64,000 nt of DNA from Proteromonas lacertae (taxonomy: Eukaryota): the NCBI GenBank assembly GCA_002245135.1, contig NGBS01000293.1, positions 434,001 to 498,000 on the forward strand, in the 5' to 3' direction. The notes under the pieces are model-generated. The model did not search any database. It had not been told where the DNA came from and saw only the letters and a program-made list of their open reading frames with translations. Made by a program: the position numbers and the translations under genes. Position 1 is the first letter of the stretch. Each line of letters opens with the position of its first letter. This document shows, in pieces, positions 24,161 to 36,615 of the stretch.

Positions 24161-27100
24161 TTATCTGTCAAGAAATCTCACTTTCTTTAATGAGAAATAC
24201 AAGAATATAATAATAATAACAATTTCTATCCATAAATATCCAATATTATTCCAATATTGACTGTATCTTATATCATACATATTACTAAAAAACTCATGAA
24301 CAGTTGCTATACTTCCATCAGCATTTGTAAATGATGGACAATTCGTTATATTTATAACAGATTTTTCACAATCAAATTGATTAGCTGCTGAAGCTTGAAT
24401 TCCAAATGTAAAAGGGTTAATCCAATAAATCCATTTCCAAGGTGCTTTCATTGAAGGGTAACGAAGTTGAAAACCACTACAAGAAAATAAAATACTTGTC
24501 AAACATCCCATAACAACACTAGCTACTTGCATAACAGGGAATAAATAGGAGAACCAATAACCACACATAGTAGCTAACATCATCACTGAATAGTTTACTA
24601 TATATTCTTTAAATACAGCTGCTACTGTGCTTTTCAAACCCATCATTCCATAAGAGAAACACATGAAACACCAAGCTACAAAGAATATGAATATTATTTC
24701 CACTAAAACATAACCAATTAATTGAGCAATTGGATGATAAGTTCTCATCGCATCTTCACGATAAAACACCATTCTTCTGTCTAATAACACTGGAACTACT
24801 CCCATTAAGTTATTCATTGCCATGGCATTTATTGCTAATGCTAATGAAGAGTATCTACTTAACACATTACCAGATGTTTCCATTGGTTGTTGGAAGTATA
24901 ATATTCCTATGAATAAAGATAATATCAATAGATTTCTTATTTTTGATAAGTTATAATCTAATAATCTCCAATCAAATCGGAAATTTCTTTTACTTACTTC
25001 CCATATTTGTTTTGTTATTGAAACTGCATAATCTTCTTTGAAATTTATTGCTGGAGAATTGGCAGATTTTATATTCTCAAGAGTAATTTCTACATTACGA
25101 TATAAATCTGTTGTCAAATAATAATCACCAAATTTCACATTCTTTGTATTTCCTGTTCCAGCTCCAGTTACATCTAACATCCAACTGGCTGGATTTTGAT
25201 CTTTACCAATTCCACTAACTCCATCAATCTTTTCCATATATTCTACTACTTTACTACCATTTTCACCAAGTGGACCAAAATATACTACTTTTCCACCTCT
25301 TTCTAATAGTAATACATCACTAAATAACTTGAATATTTCAAATGATGGTTGATGGATTGTACAAATTATACTTCGGCCACTTGCTGCGATTCTTTGTAAG
25401 ACTTGACATACTAATAAAGCAGCTGAACTATCTAATCCAGTTGTTGGTTCATCTAAGAATAATATTGATGGATTAGCTACTAATTCGATTCCTACCATCA
25501 CCAATTTTCGAACACCCATTGGTAAACCATCCTCTTTTTTGCCTATCATCATATCTTTATATTCTTTTAATTCTAATAATTCTATCACTTCTTTTATATG
25601 ATTGTGGATTGTTGCTTCACTTGGATGACCTGGATATCTTAATCTGGCACTAAACATCAATGCTTCCATTACTGTCTCAGTTTCAGGTAATGTATCTTGT
25701 TGTTCAACATATCCACTTATCATACATAAATCTTTCATTTTATATTCTTTTCCATTCAATAAGAATTTACCTTCTATCTTTCCTTGTGTTTTTCTGTTTG
25801 CTAATACATCTAATAATGTTGTTTTACCAGCTCCACTTGCTCCCATTAATGCTGTCATACTGTGAGCTCGAACATATCCACTTACATCATTCAATAATAC
25901 TTTATCAACTTTCTTTTTAGTATCTCCATCTTTTACTTTTACTGTATATTTTATATGTTCAAATGAAAAATCAACTGTGTTAAAATTAACTTCTGAAGCA
26001 GAAGATCTTGCACTCATTTCACTTTGTCTTGTTACTTCAACAGCTTTCACATCTTTTATTGAAACGGTTTTACTTGGTGGAAATGGATCATATACAATAT
26101 AATGTAATACAATCATTTGTAACAATACAAATACAATATGCTCACAAATTAATATCAAGAAATATTGCCATTGTTCATTCTTATCTGTTGGGAAATCATA
26201 TTGTTTTAAGTAAATAATACCTTCTGGACCATAATCACTTGAAGTAAATTCATTTACTGCTAAACCTTTAATCATATAACTTAATGGAGTAAAATAATAA
26301 AATTCAATTAACCAATCAGGAATTGTTTTACGAGTAATACCAAATCCATTAAATGCATTCAATAAAAAACCAAATATTGGTAAAAATGCTGCTAAAATTG
26401 AGACATTTCTGAATAAATACAGTAAAACCAATTGAAGTGATGTATAAGTGACATAACCAACGAATAAGTAAGCCATACAAATCCAATAATGAACTCCACT
26501 ATCAGAAAGAGTTAATCCACTCATAAAATAGATTATACTACCAAACAGTAATGTTTCTATTAATTGAATAGGATATTGGTTTATTGTAACACTTGCAACA
26601 TAAGATGGAACTGAAAATAATCCACTTTGGACTTGCTTATACATCACTGGCTTTTGAAAAAATAATCCAATAACTACAGAATGTGATGTATTGATTAAAG
26701 TCATAACATAAGTAGAAATTAAACCACATTTTGAAGTATAATCGTCCTTTTTCAAATTGAAGAATATCCATCCATATACTAATCCCATTATTATTTGTTG
26801 AACAATTCTTGCTATCAAAAAACCTTTATCCATGAATGTGCATTTTCCTTGTCTTTTGATTAAGTACATTAATTCATGCCAAAATGGCATTGGATGGGAT
26901 TTATTGAACATCGTTTCATTATAATCATTCTTTGGAACTTCTGTTTTTTCTACTTTTTCATTCACACTTTCTAGATTCTTCTTCTTCAAATCACTCATTT
27001 CATATTTCTCTACTAAATATTGAGTTGTTAATGGAATTGATTCATCTTTTCGATAAACTATTCTTGTTTCTTCTTTACCAACTTCACAGATAAATGCACC

Positions 27101-28147
27101 TAAATCTTTTCCTTCTATCATTTCATAACCAATTGAATTGAAATAAGGTAATATTCCATCACATGGACCAGCATAAGTAACTTGACCTTCACTCAATATT
27201 ATCATATTATCAAATAATGCAATTACCTCAGGATCTGGTTGTAATAAGTGACATACTAAGATTCCTTCAAATATTTTTGTCCATTGGTTTAAGAATTTAC
27301 AAATATCAAATGTTACTGCACTATCTAAACCAGTACTGATTTTATCTAATAATAATACTCGACTTGGACCTAATAAAGATTCACCTAAACTCACTCTCTT
27401 CATTTCACCACCACTACAACCACGATTTACTTCATCTCCAACGATTGTATCTTTACAGATTGTCAATCCCAATAATTTCAAGAACAAATCACTTCGAATA
27501 TTTATATCATCTTCTATCATTGAATGGCCTTTACTTTTCATTTCACCTTTACCATTTAAGCAACCTACTGCGAAATCAAATGTATCCTTTACTGTTAATA
27601 AAGGTAAATGAATATCTAATTGTCCACAGAAACTTGCATAATGTGACCAATTCAATTCTTTCAATTCTTTACCATTACATGTAATTGAACCTGCTATTTG
27701 GCTTTTAGGCAATGTATTTGCTAATAATTTTAGCACTGTAGAACTACCACATGATGGAGGACCCATTACTAATGTTGAAGTACCAGGTTTAAATCTAAAT
27801 GTGATATTCTTCACTACTGGACGATCTTCATACAAACCACAAGGGAATAAACTTCTGATTTGGTTGTAGAATCCACTAATTATGTTAATCACACCATGCT
27901 TCTCACTCTTTGGTTGTTTGGCTGTATAACTTACTCCTTTCATAGCAATATCAACAGGTGGCAAATCTGGTAAAAAGGATTTCACTTGCTTAGCATAATA
28001 CTCATATCCATTTTCTAATGCTTTATTAGCTGAGGATAAACCAACCAGTTTTACTGGTAATTCTTCTTTTTGACTTTCATCACTCACTTTTGGCAATTCA
28101 ATTATGCAATTATTCATTAATGATTCAATTGGAGTTACAGAACACAT
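24161..28147 (-). CDS. Full-size ABCG/PDR-type transporter, inverted paralogue of 10059-14012, intronless
   Basis: 1328-aa ORF with the same NBD motifs and long near-identical blocks shared with the other copy. Confidence 0.95.
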   Translation of the reverse strand: MCSVTPIESLMNNCIIELPKVSDESQKEELPVKLVGLSSANKALENGYEYYAKQVKSFLPDLPPVDIAMKGVSYTAKQPKSEKHGVINIISGFYNQIRSLFPCGLYEDRPVVKNITFRFKPGTSTLVMGPPSCGSSTVLKLLANTLPKSQIAGSITCNGKELKELNWSHYASFCGQLDIHLPLLTVKDTFDFAVGCLNGKGEMKSKGHSMIEDDINIRSDLFLKLLGLTICKDTIVGDEVNRGCSGGEMKRVSLGESLLGPSRVLLLDKISTGLDSAVTFDICKFLNQWTKIFEGILVCHLLQPDPEVIALFDNMIILSEGQVTYAGPCDGILPYFNSIGYEMIEGKDLGAFICEVGKEETRIVYRKDESIPLTTQYLVEKYEMSDLKKKNLESVNEKVEKTEVPKNDYNETMFNKSHPMPFWHELMYLIKRQGKCTFMDKGFLIARIVQQIIMGLVYGWIFFNLKKDDYTSKCGLISTYVMTLINTSHSVVIGLFFQKPVMYKQVQSGLFSVPSYVASVTINQYPIQLIETLLFGSIIYFMSGLTLSDSGVHYWICMAYLFVGYVTYTSLQLVLLYLFRNVSILAAFLPIFGFLLNAFNGFGITRKTIPDWLIEFYYFTPLSYMIKGLAVNEFTSSDYGPEGIIYLKQYDFPTDKNEQWQYFLILICEHIVFVLLQMIVLHYIVYDPFPPSKTVSIKDVKAVEVTRQSEMSARSSASEVNFNTVDFSFEHIKYTVKVKDGDTKKKVDKVLLNDVSGYVRAHSMTALMGASGAGKTTLLDVLANRKTQGKIEGKFLLNGKEYKMKDLCMISGYVEQQDTLPETETVMEALMFSARLRYPGHPSEATIHNHIKEVIELLELKEYKDMMIGKKEDGLPMGVRKLVMVGIELVANPSILFLDEPTTGLDSSAALLVCQVLQRIAASGRSIICTIHQPSFEIFKLFSDVLLLERGGKVVYFGPLGENGSKVVEYMEKIDGVSGIGKDQNPASWMLDVTGAGTGNTKNVKFGDYYLTTDLYRNVEITLENIKSANSPAINFKEDYAVSITKQIWEVSKRNFRFDWRLLDYNLSKIRNLLILSLFIGILYFQQPMETSGNVLSRYSSLALAINAMAMNNLMGVVPVLLDRRMVFYREDAMRTYHPIAQLIGYVLVEIIFIFFVAWCFMCFSYGMMGLKSTVAAVFKEYIVNYSVMMLATMCGYWFSYLFPVMQVASVVMGCLTSILFSCSGFQLRYPSMKAPWKWIYWINPFTFGIQASAANQFDCEKSVINITNCPSFTNADGSIATVHEFFSNMYDIRYSQYWNNIGYLWIEIVIIIIFLYFSLKKVRFLDR

Positions 28148-28695
28148 TCAAAACATACAAAAAACACACTATCCGTTTTAGTAACTGTGGTTTTGTTTTT
28201 CTTATTTTATCACTTGCAGAGAATATATCACTTTTAAAACATTATAAATGAATAATGTTGGTTATATGCATTGTCATGGAACTGTAAAATCAAATTCAAC
28301 AATATCTCCTAATTTACTGACAATTTTATAAACCTAAAATATATATCACTAAAATTCTCTGTAATTACTGTTTTGAATGAAGAATAATCGCATACTTTAA
28401 AATCTACGTAATAAAAATGTTTTAGCCTTATTATTTTGTATAAATTGATATATGCATATATTTTATATTATATTTTTATAGTATTCACACATAAAATAGG
28501 TTGAACATCTATAAAAATGACATTTAAATTGTGTGGGTTTGTGAAAATATTTTTGTTAAATGCACCACTTTTAGATTTTGTTTATTTAACAAATAATAGA
28601 GATATTGAATTATAAACTCAGATTAACGAAAATAATCTACAAAATACTTCATAATCATTAATATTCTATTATTACTAAATACACACATACGCATA

Positions 28696-29600
28696 TCAAT
28701 CGTGTTGTAAAAGCAATGGAGTGGTTAGAGTTGATGATGAATAATCTACACAATCATTCACATCCATATTCTCATTCTCATCTATTACTTTTATTCTAAT
28801 CATATATTCTCTTTTGAATTTTGCTTCTCGTAATATTCTTTTTAATCTTTTTGTTGATCTAAGATATAACCCACAACTAAATATTTCACCAATATTATAC
28901 ATTAAATTACGAATATCATTTTTCAAATATTCTTTCATTTGATTTACTGTTATATATCCATTAATTTCTTCAAAGAAACTATATCTATCAAATGTAATGA
29001 TATCCCAAGGAATATAAACTATTAAAAAACATAATAGTGTTAATATATCCATAAAACAAGGCAAATGATATTTTTCATTAAAATGATAAAATGTTAAAAT
29101 ATCTATCAACTTAACAACAGAAAAAAAACTTAAAACAAATGCAATGAATATATAAAATACGAAAAATGGTGTATGTACTATTAAAGATTGAACTACAGTG
29201 ATTGAATTTATATTCCACTGATCAAACTGTTTGCAACAAAATAAGAAGTTAAAATATCGGAAAAGTGATCTATACCAATTCATCATATAAAAATTAATAT
29301 CTCTATAGTTATATAATATAAATATTATGAAATACTTTAAATTATTGAGTCTATTATCATAAACACTTGATGAATAGTTCATTAAACATATTTCACATCC
29401 AGATATACATTTTATTAACCTACACGAAAGGTATATGATATAATTGAGTAATTGAAATAATAAAAATAGCACTGATATTATAAAAAACACAAGCCAAAAT
29501 GGTACACACACAATATCTTTAATTAGAATGTAAAAGAACATAATAAAACTAAAATGTAATATATTGGTAAATTACGTAATAAAAATAAAATAGCCGTTTC
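28696..29600 (-). CDS. Hydrophobic multi-pass membrane protein of unknown function; 5' exons unresolved and upstream part looks degenerate
   Basis: 281-aa ORF with several hydrophobic segments. Upstream sequence to ~30290 is coding-like but contains stops. Confidence 0.45.
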
Positions 29601-30305
29601 ATCTATTTCAAATTTTATTTTATTCACATACTGAGATGATAAACTAGATATATAAACCGGAATTTGTGATATTTCAAATAATAATATCTACCATATTCAT
29701 ATAATCCAATTGATGTAAATGAATTTGAATGAATCAAAGACATAGTCATGATCAGAATTATACAAATATTCGAATCTTATGAAAGAAGAACAATAAATAA
29801 ATACATATGGTTAATAAGATGATAATATAAATATAGATAGATAAACGGTTAATTAAAAAAAAATATCATTTTAATCCCCAACAATATTAAAAACTGTTAT
29901 ATGGGAATATTTTCAGATATTTATATATGAAAACATCACCATCAATTACAAATTTATTTATACTTTTTACTTATACTCATCTGAGCAATACATATATCAT
30001 GCATTCGCAAAGCAATTATCAATATCACTCGGTATTTCTCATTTCACGACATATTATATCAAAATTACATTTTCATCAGTAAAACACCCATCTATAATAA
30101 TATAAATTAAAGAATATAAAAGAAAAATAGAGTATATAAAAAAGAATCATCAATTCTTAAAGATCAGCTGAAGATAAATCTTCGTCATTAGACTCAGATA
30201 ATGAGATTCGTTCAACCATCACTTCCTTATAGCTCAAATAATAACAAAGAGTGAATTAGTTGTATATATACTTCATAAATAACAACTGCATTTTAAAAAT
30301 GATAA

Positions 30306-33300
30306 ATGAAACGGACAAATATTGAATATGGTCTATCAAAAAATCGAAACAAATCCCCATATTATTTAAAATTGTTATATGAGTGTATTTAGGAAGGCCA
30401 AAAGATAAAATTCCAGTTGAATTAAAGACAAGTTGGAATGAAATTGCTCCTGAGTTAGTTAATTTAAACCAGAAGAGTTATTATAGTAAGTTTGCTTAAT
30501 TTTATTTATTAGAAGTACCTAAAAAGCCAGATATTCAGAAGACGAAAATGGCAGAAGATAACAATAAACTTATCGAAAAAACTAATGAAGTTGAAGAATC
30601 AAGTACAGACTCTATTCCTATAGAAATTGAAACTCAAAAACTTGATATATCAAGTGAGACAAAAGTAAAGGAGGAAGGTAGATAATCCAATGAAAGATGT
30701 TTTCATAGATGAAAGTGAAATTTTGATAAAAGAACTGCTAACTGAGTTACAAACTCCCATTCCAGAATGTAATGAAAGTATATAGATTATATAGTTAATA
30801 TAACGCTTAGAAAATATTGATCAATATTGTAAAGAAATATACACAAGATACATAGCTATCGCAAAATTAACTCGTTTCTTAGCGCTTGATAGAACTTTTC
30901 AAGAGATTGTAATCAATAACATTGATTATAGTATATTAATAGGAATATATAAAGATATGAATCACTTTTTAAAATCAGTATATTATATATAAAATAATAT
31001 AATATAGATGAGAGTAATTTCATTTATGTTTTTAACATTATTTTGTAGAAATAATGGTAGAAGTCAAGTAATGATAATTAATATATTAAACCATTGTGTT
31101 ACTATTCAAGGGATATTAATTTTTTTTCATGTATTATTATTATTATGTTAAAATATAGAGGTGTATTAGTTTAGATGAAAGTAATGATAATTTAAGAATG
31201 AAAAATGTATTTAAACTGAGAAAGAAATATATATTTGAAATTCCAAATGCTATTCAATTAGATAAACGATTAGAATCACATTCTGTAAGTATTAATAGTG
31301 AATATGATTATTGTTATATGGATAAAAATGGAATAGAATGTAAAGAGTTTCCAATTGATCCTAGAAACTACTTGTTACTCTTACCTATAAAAGTTGATAG
31401 AGTTTATTCAATATTAAATTCTCCAGATGGAAATAATAATAATAAAAGGCTTGATATAGACTCAAGTTTATTATTGAAACTATATAATGAGTATAATAAA
31501 ATAAGTAAAATATGTAAAGGAAAAGTGTATTGCAAAGATTTAATAAAGAATAAAGTTATGAAAGAGAATATAAGTGATATAGAAAACTTGTTAAGTTATT
31601 ATGAAGATGTTCCTGTTTCATTTTATGATTTGCTATTGTTTGATTCATTCAGAGTATATTTTATATTATATATATATATCATAATAATAACAAAAATAGA
31701 AATATGAAAATAAAATGAAAAAGCAAGAAAAATTCATAGAATCAGTTGAACAAATTCAAATATACCAAAATAATAAGATCAAGATAGAGAATATAACAAT
31801 GTCAATAACAATAATGGCAAATTTAAAAGATGAATGTTTAGAGGTTGGATGTGAGAGAGTGAAAACTAATGAATTGTATTCGTTAGTTATCCCAATGTAT
31901 TTTTTATTTATTTATTTTTTCTTTAATTAGTGATATTTTACATATTAAAGATCCAAATCCATTTAGTCTTTGTACATTGTCTTCTACATCAATAAATAAA
32001 ATTATATCAAAACTACATTTGACTGGTGAAAATGATGGTTTTTTATTGAAATTAATTGTGAATGAAGAAGAGGAAGAGAATGAAGTAGTAATATCTCCAG
32101 TATAATACTAAATATACTATTATCTATTAAAAATAAATAGATTGATGAATGTAGAAAATCAATTTATAGAGCTTTAATAGATGTTCAAAATAACATAATA
32201 GAATATTATAAAAGTAAAAACATGGAAAATGAATTATTATGTTCTTCACCTTATACATCTGATAATGAAGAAGAAACCAAAATATATAAAGAAAAGGATG
32301 AAATTGTTGATTGGAATGAAATAGTGATAAATATTGAATTTGATAATATTAAAAATAATAATGAATTAATAGAATCATTATATTCAATGTTGAATAGAAC
32401 AATTATTGGAAATAGTACCGTTTTGTTTTCACATCCCTTATTTAAATATGTAATTCTATTAGATTTAGCCAAAAGTCGTTTAGCGAAAATAAGTAATCAT
32501 AAAGTAGAAATGATGGAATATTTATGGGATGTTTTATTAGATTATTTACATGATACAATTAAAGATTTGCCTGAAAAATATTATTACTTAAAGGAAATAC
32601 AAAAAGAAGAAACTATCAAATTATATAGAACAATTCTAGCGAAATATCGAGTAATAGCCAAAGAAAAGAAAGAAAAAGCAAATTTAGAAGAAATTGAAAG
32701 ATTAGAAAAGAAATTTGAAAATGATATGACAAAATATAAAGAAATGAAAGAAAATAGTGAAAAGGAACATTATTTAGTAGTTTATAATTCATACCAAGAA
32801 AGTTGGAAAAAGGCTGTAGAAAAAGAAGAAAAAGAATATAAAGAATTCTTAAAGACAAAACCTCCAGAAGTTGATTATAAAGAAATGATTAAATATGAAA
32901 TGGGTAAAAGAATTCATGAAAGTCGACAAGCTTGGGAAAGAAGAAAAGAAGAAATAAAAGAAGAAAATGATTATATAAATGAATGGAATAAAGGTGATAG
33001 AAAGAAAAGAAAAGAGATTTATCACAATAGAATGAAAGCTTTAGCAGCTGAGAGAGAAGAAAGAAAAAGGTTTGAGAAAGCTTGTGATAGAATATTACCT
33101 TTGAATGAAGTGTTTCAATATTATAAAATTCCTGAAGTATTTTTATTTATTTATGTTTCTTATTTAGAGTGAAATATCAGAGATTAATATGAACAATATA
33201 ATGAAGAAATTATATAATTTCAATCATCCTTATAAGATTAAACCAAAACCCGAAAAAGTGTCAAAAATACCAATTTCACAGCTAGATGAATTTAGAGATT

Positions 33301-33589
33301 TATTACAGCTGTATATTTATAGAAAACCGCAGACAGTAGATAGTCCTCGTTTAGTTCCTGTTGTTGTATTTTTAATATGTTTTTTACTATTATTATTTTA
33401 TAGGAAGATGGAATGTTGAGAAGTTATAATTCAATTGATCAGTTATTGTCTTTGTTAAGTGAAGATGAATATGACTCGTCATTATCAGCTGTATATATAT
33501 TTATACTTCTCACTGTATGTAATTAATAGGATTCTGTTAATTATGAAGAGTTTAAGAGAGAATTAGAAAGAATAAATGAAAAGTATTAA
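30306..33589 (+). CDS. Multi-exon protein of unknown function with a charged coiled-coil C-terminal half; first intron unresolved
   Basis: About 12 short GT-AG introns link ORFs 31198, 31715, 32222 and 33189. The sequence is E/K-rich and helical. Confidence 0.6.
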
Positions 33590-33761
33590 CATGTTTATAA
33601 TAACATAAATATAACTAAATTATTGTTAATTTTCATGTTTTTCAAAATAGTAAGAAAATTCTCAATGAAAAGAACAATAATATGCAATCCCTACATATAC
33701 AATCATTAATAACATAAATATATTAATCTATTTCTCTGTATTATCATTAATTACACATTTT

Positions 33762-34674
33762 TTAATATGTATCATCATGTTTTTTAGATTTCTCAATAAA
33801 CGATTCTGGTAAATATTGAAAATACTCTGGCGGTAAAATAGATTTTAATTTCTCATACGAGATAGAAGTAAATCCTAAATTTTTCAAAATTGTTGTATCT
33901 ACCACAATCTCAAACGGTCCAGGGAATTTAATCGCCACATCATGTCCAGAAGGATCCATATCAATCGAAGGAAACTCAATCGTATGTCCATCACCATAAT
34001 TAAACACCATAAACGGACATTCAAGTGAATCTGAGGGATCTTTTGGAGTATTTTGAGTTTTATTTCTATTTATTAAATTATTCAAAGAAATGTATTGATA
34101 TATTAATTCTTGAAAATCCCTTTGTTTTTCTTCCAATTTCTCTTTTTTCCTTTGAATTTCTGCTTTTAAAGTTTCTGATGATTGATGCTCATCCATTCCT
34201 CTCCATATTATCTTCTTTTTGTCTTTTTTGATTAATCCTAAAGCTTCAAACACATTGAGTGCATCATATACTCTTCTTCGTATATTTTTCTATTTTTTTA
34301 GATTAATGATATAGTCAATACTCTTTCTGCTTCACTGTGTGTGCATTTACCTACTAGATCGTTGGCTACTTCTTCATATGTTGTGATTTTCTTTTCTTGG
34401 ACTTTATCTCTCACACTGGCACTGAAATGTTTTAAACCTTTCTTTGCTCTCTCACTATCTGGATCTTCTAATTCCATCTTTCGTTTAGTTCCTCTCATTC
34501 TACTATAACGCATTTATAAATAAATATAATATAAATACTTTGGTGTTTTATCAACTCTTTCATATATTTCCATAGTGGTAGGCTTTAGTGCTGTCATAGC
34601 TTCTACTAAATATAAATATAACAAATACCAGCCGCATCAGCCATATAACTAAGAGCTTCAAGCTGTGGATCCAT
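33762..34674 (-). CDS. DP: E2F dimerisation partner (DP) transcription factor, 3 introns
   Basis: KGLKHFSASVRDKVQEKKITTYEEVANDLV, NIRRRVYDALNVFEALGLIKKDKKKIIWRG and FEIVVDTTILK match DP family motifs. Confidence 0.93.
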
Positions 34675-34698
34675 TTTTAATTCAAAAAAGAATATTTA

Positions 34699-34714
34699 TC
34701 AAGCATTAGCTTGA
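34699..34714. promoter_or_regulatory. Candidate core-promoter motif as an inverted pair, TCAAGC-atta-GCTTGA (representative of a recurrent motif)
   Basis: It lies about 25 nt upstream of the DP ATG. The same motif occurs near many other start codons (see findings). Confidence 0.55.
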
Positions 34715-34976
34715 AGTTAAAATTTAGATTATTTAAAGATATGGCTCTAATGTGAATAAAATAAATGTAAAAATATGATTATCATAAATATCTCAACAAA
34801 TGAAGAATTGTTTATATTACATAAATGGTAATCTAAAATGACAAAACGTAGTTCTATGTTATACAATCATTTTTATGTTATTCATCTTCAGTGGTGTAAT
34901 GTAATTGTAAAAAGTCTACTGTAAATTCTTCTTTTATTGTTTGACATATAAATGACATTTTGACCATAGAATTTAC

Positions 34977-36496
34977 ATGAATATTATAAATATAGGAATA
35001 GATATAGGTACAAACTATTGCCTTTCAGCTTTTTTCAACGGATCATATGTTGAGTTAATACCCTTTAATAATCAAGAAAAGTTTCTTCGATCCAATATTA
35101 CCTTCTCCGAGTCTACTGAAGATGTTTTAGTAGGTACATTAAATAACCCAAATAAAAATACAGTTTATGATATAAAGAGATTAGTTAGCAGGGAGTTTAA
35201 TGATTTGTCATTCCAAAAAGATATGTGTAACTGGACTTTCACAGTGTTAAAGGGTGAAAATGGCCCATTAGTTAATATAAATCGAAATAATAAAGACGTC
35301 TACTACACAGATGAACAATTACTTACAATTCTCTTCAGTCACATAAAGAAAGTCTCAGACAAATACATGCATCAAGATGAGTCATATACAACAGGTGCAA
35401 TAATCGCAATTCCTTCCCATTTCACAACCGAACAAACAAAAATCTTCAGAAAAGCAGCAGAAGAAGCAAATCTTAAAGTTCATTCCATAATCCGAGAGCC
35501 AGTAGCTGCCTGTATAGGATATCAATCAATATTAATGAGAGATTCTCAATTAGAAACAAATGAATTGTATAATTTAATATTTGATTTAAATGCAAAATCT
35601 CTCAATCTTTCCATTGTAGTTTTTGACAAAGTTAAGAATATAATGATAGAGAAATTTTGGAGTACAAGTTACGATATATGTGGTGATAAATTAACAAAGA
35701 ATTTGATGGATTATTTCATTAGATTATATCAAATAAAAACTAGAAATTATTTTACTAACTTTCAAAAGAATACAAAAAATCAAATAAGAATAGCTTGTGA
35801 AAAAATGAAATGTATATTAAGTGAAAATGATAAAGCAATATTAGAATGTCCATTCTTAAGAGAGAGTGGCATTGATTTAGAATTAACAAGAAAAGAATAT
35901 AATGAGATAAACCAAATCATTATTCAAGAAACTATACAATTTGTTAATTCATTCTTAGATGATAATAATATACCTCCTTCTTTAGTTAGTTTTATTATAT
36001 TAATAGGTGGATCATGTAAAATGCCAATATTTTAAAGATGTATTGACAGTCCAATATCCATTCGCTAAAGTATTAACTGAGAGAAACCCAGAAACTGTCA
36101 TTGTTACAGGTTTAACTTTAATTTCTGGACGATTAGAATATAAACCTAAATTATTGAAATATTCTTTATCTACCGATGTTGGTGATAATTCTGTAGTATA
36201 GAATATTAAAAAAAGGATCTGTTTTACCTTGTAGTAATAGTGCAACATTTTGTACATGTGATGATAATCAAAATCATATGGATTTAGATGTGTATAAAGG
36301 TGAATCAACATTTAAATCGGAGTGTGAGTTATTAATGAAATTTGTTTACAAAGGAATCAAACCTGCTGCTGCTAAACAGAAAAAGATAATTGTTACTTAT
36401 GATGTTGATATTAATGAAAATTTGACTGTTAGTGCTAAAGATTTAGGAAATTTAGATCCAAAAGCGATGGTTGTGTCGAAGATAAAGTTAAAATAG
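34977..36496 (+). CDS. Divergent Hsp70-family protein (ATPase plus substrate-binding beta domain, no lid), intronless, with two +1 frameshifts at ~36033 and ~36199
   Basis: Motifs IGIDIGT, NTVYDIKRLV, IPSHF, IIREPVAAC, ACEKMKCILS and LIGGSCKMP, followed by DLDVYKGE and VTYDVDINENLTVSAKD. Confidence 0.85.
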
Positions 36497-36615
36497 TATA
36501 TTATTTAAGATATGTTGATTTTTTTCTTTTGATTTTAACTTTTTACATATTAACAACTATGTAGAAATAATACAACAATACATAATGATTTAATATAACT
36601 ATGCTTTTAAAAGAT

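Noticed and set aside
30331..30392. A further non-canonical (AT-AG) intron at the start of the 30306 gene
   Set aside because: There is no U12 5' or branch consensus and the AT start gives the wrong phase. A weak GT donor at 30331 fits the frame, so it remains unresolved.
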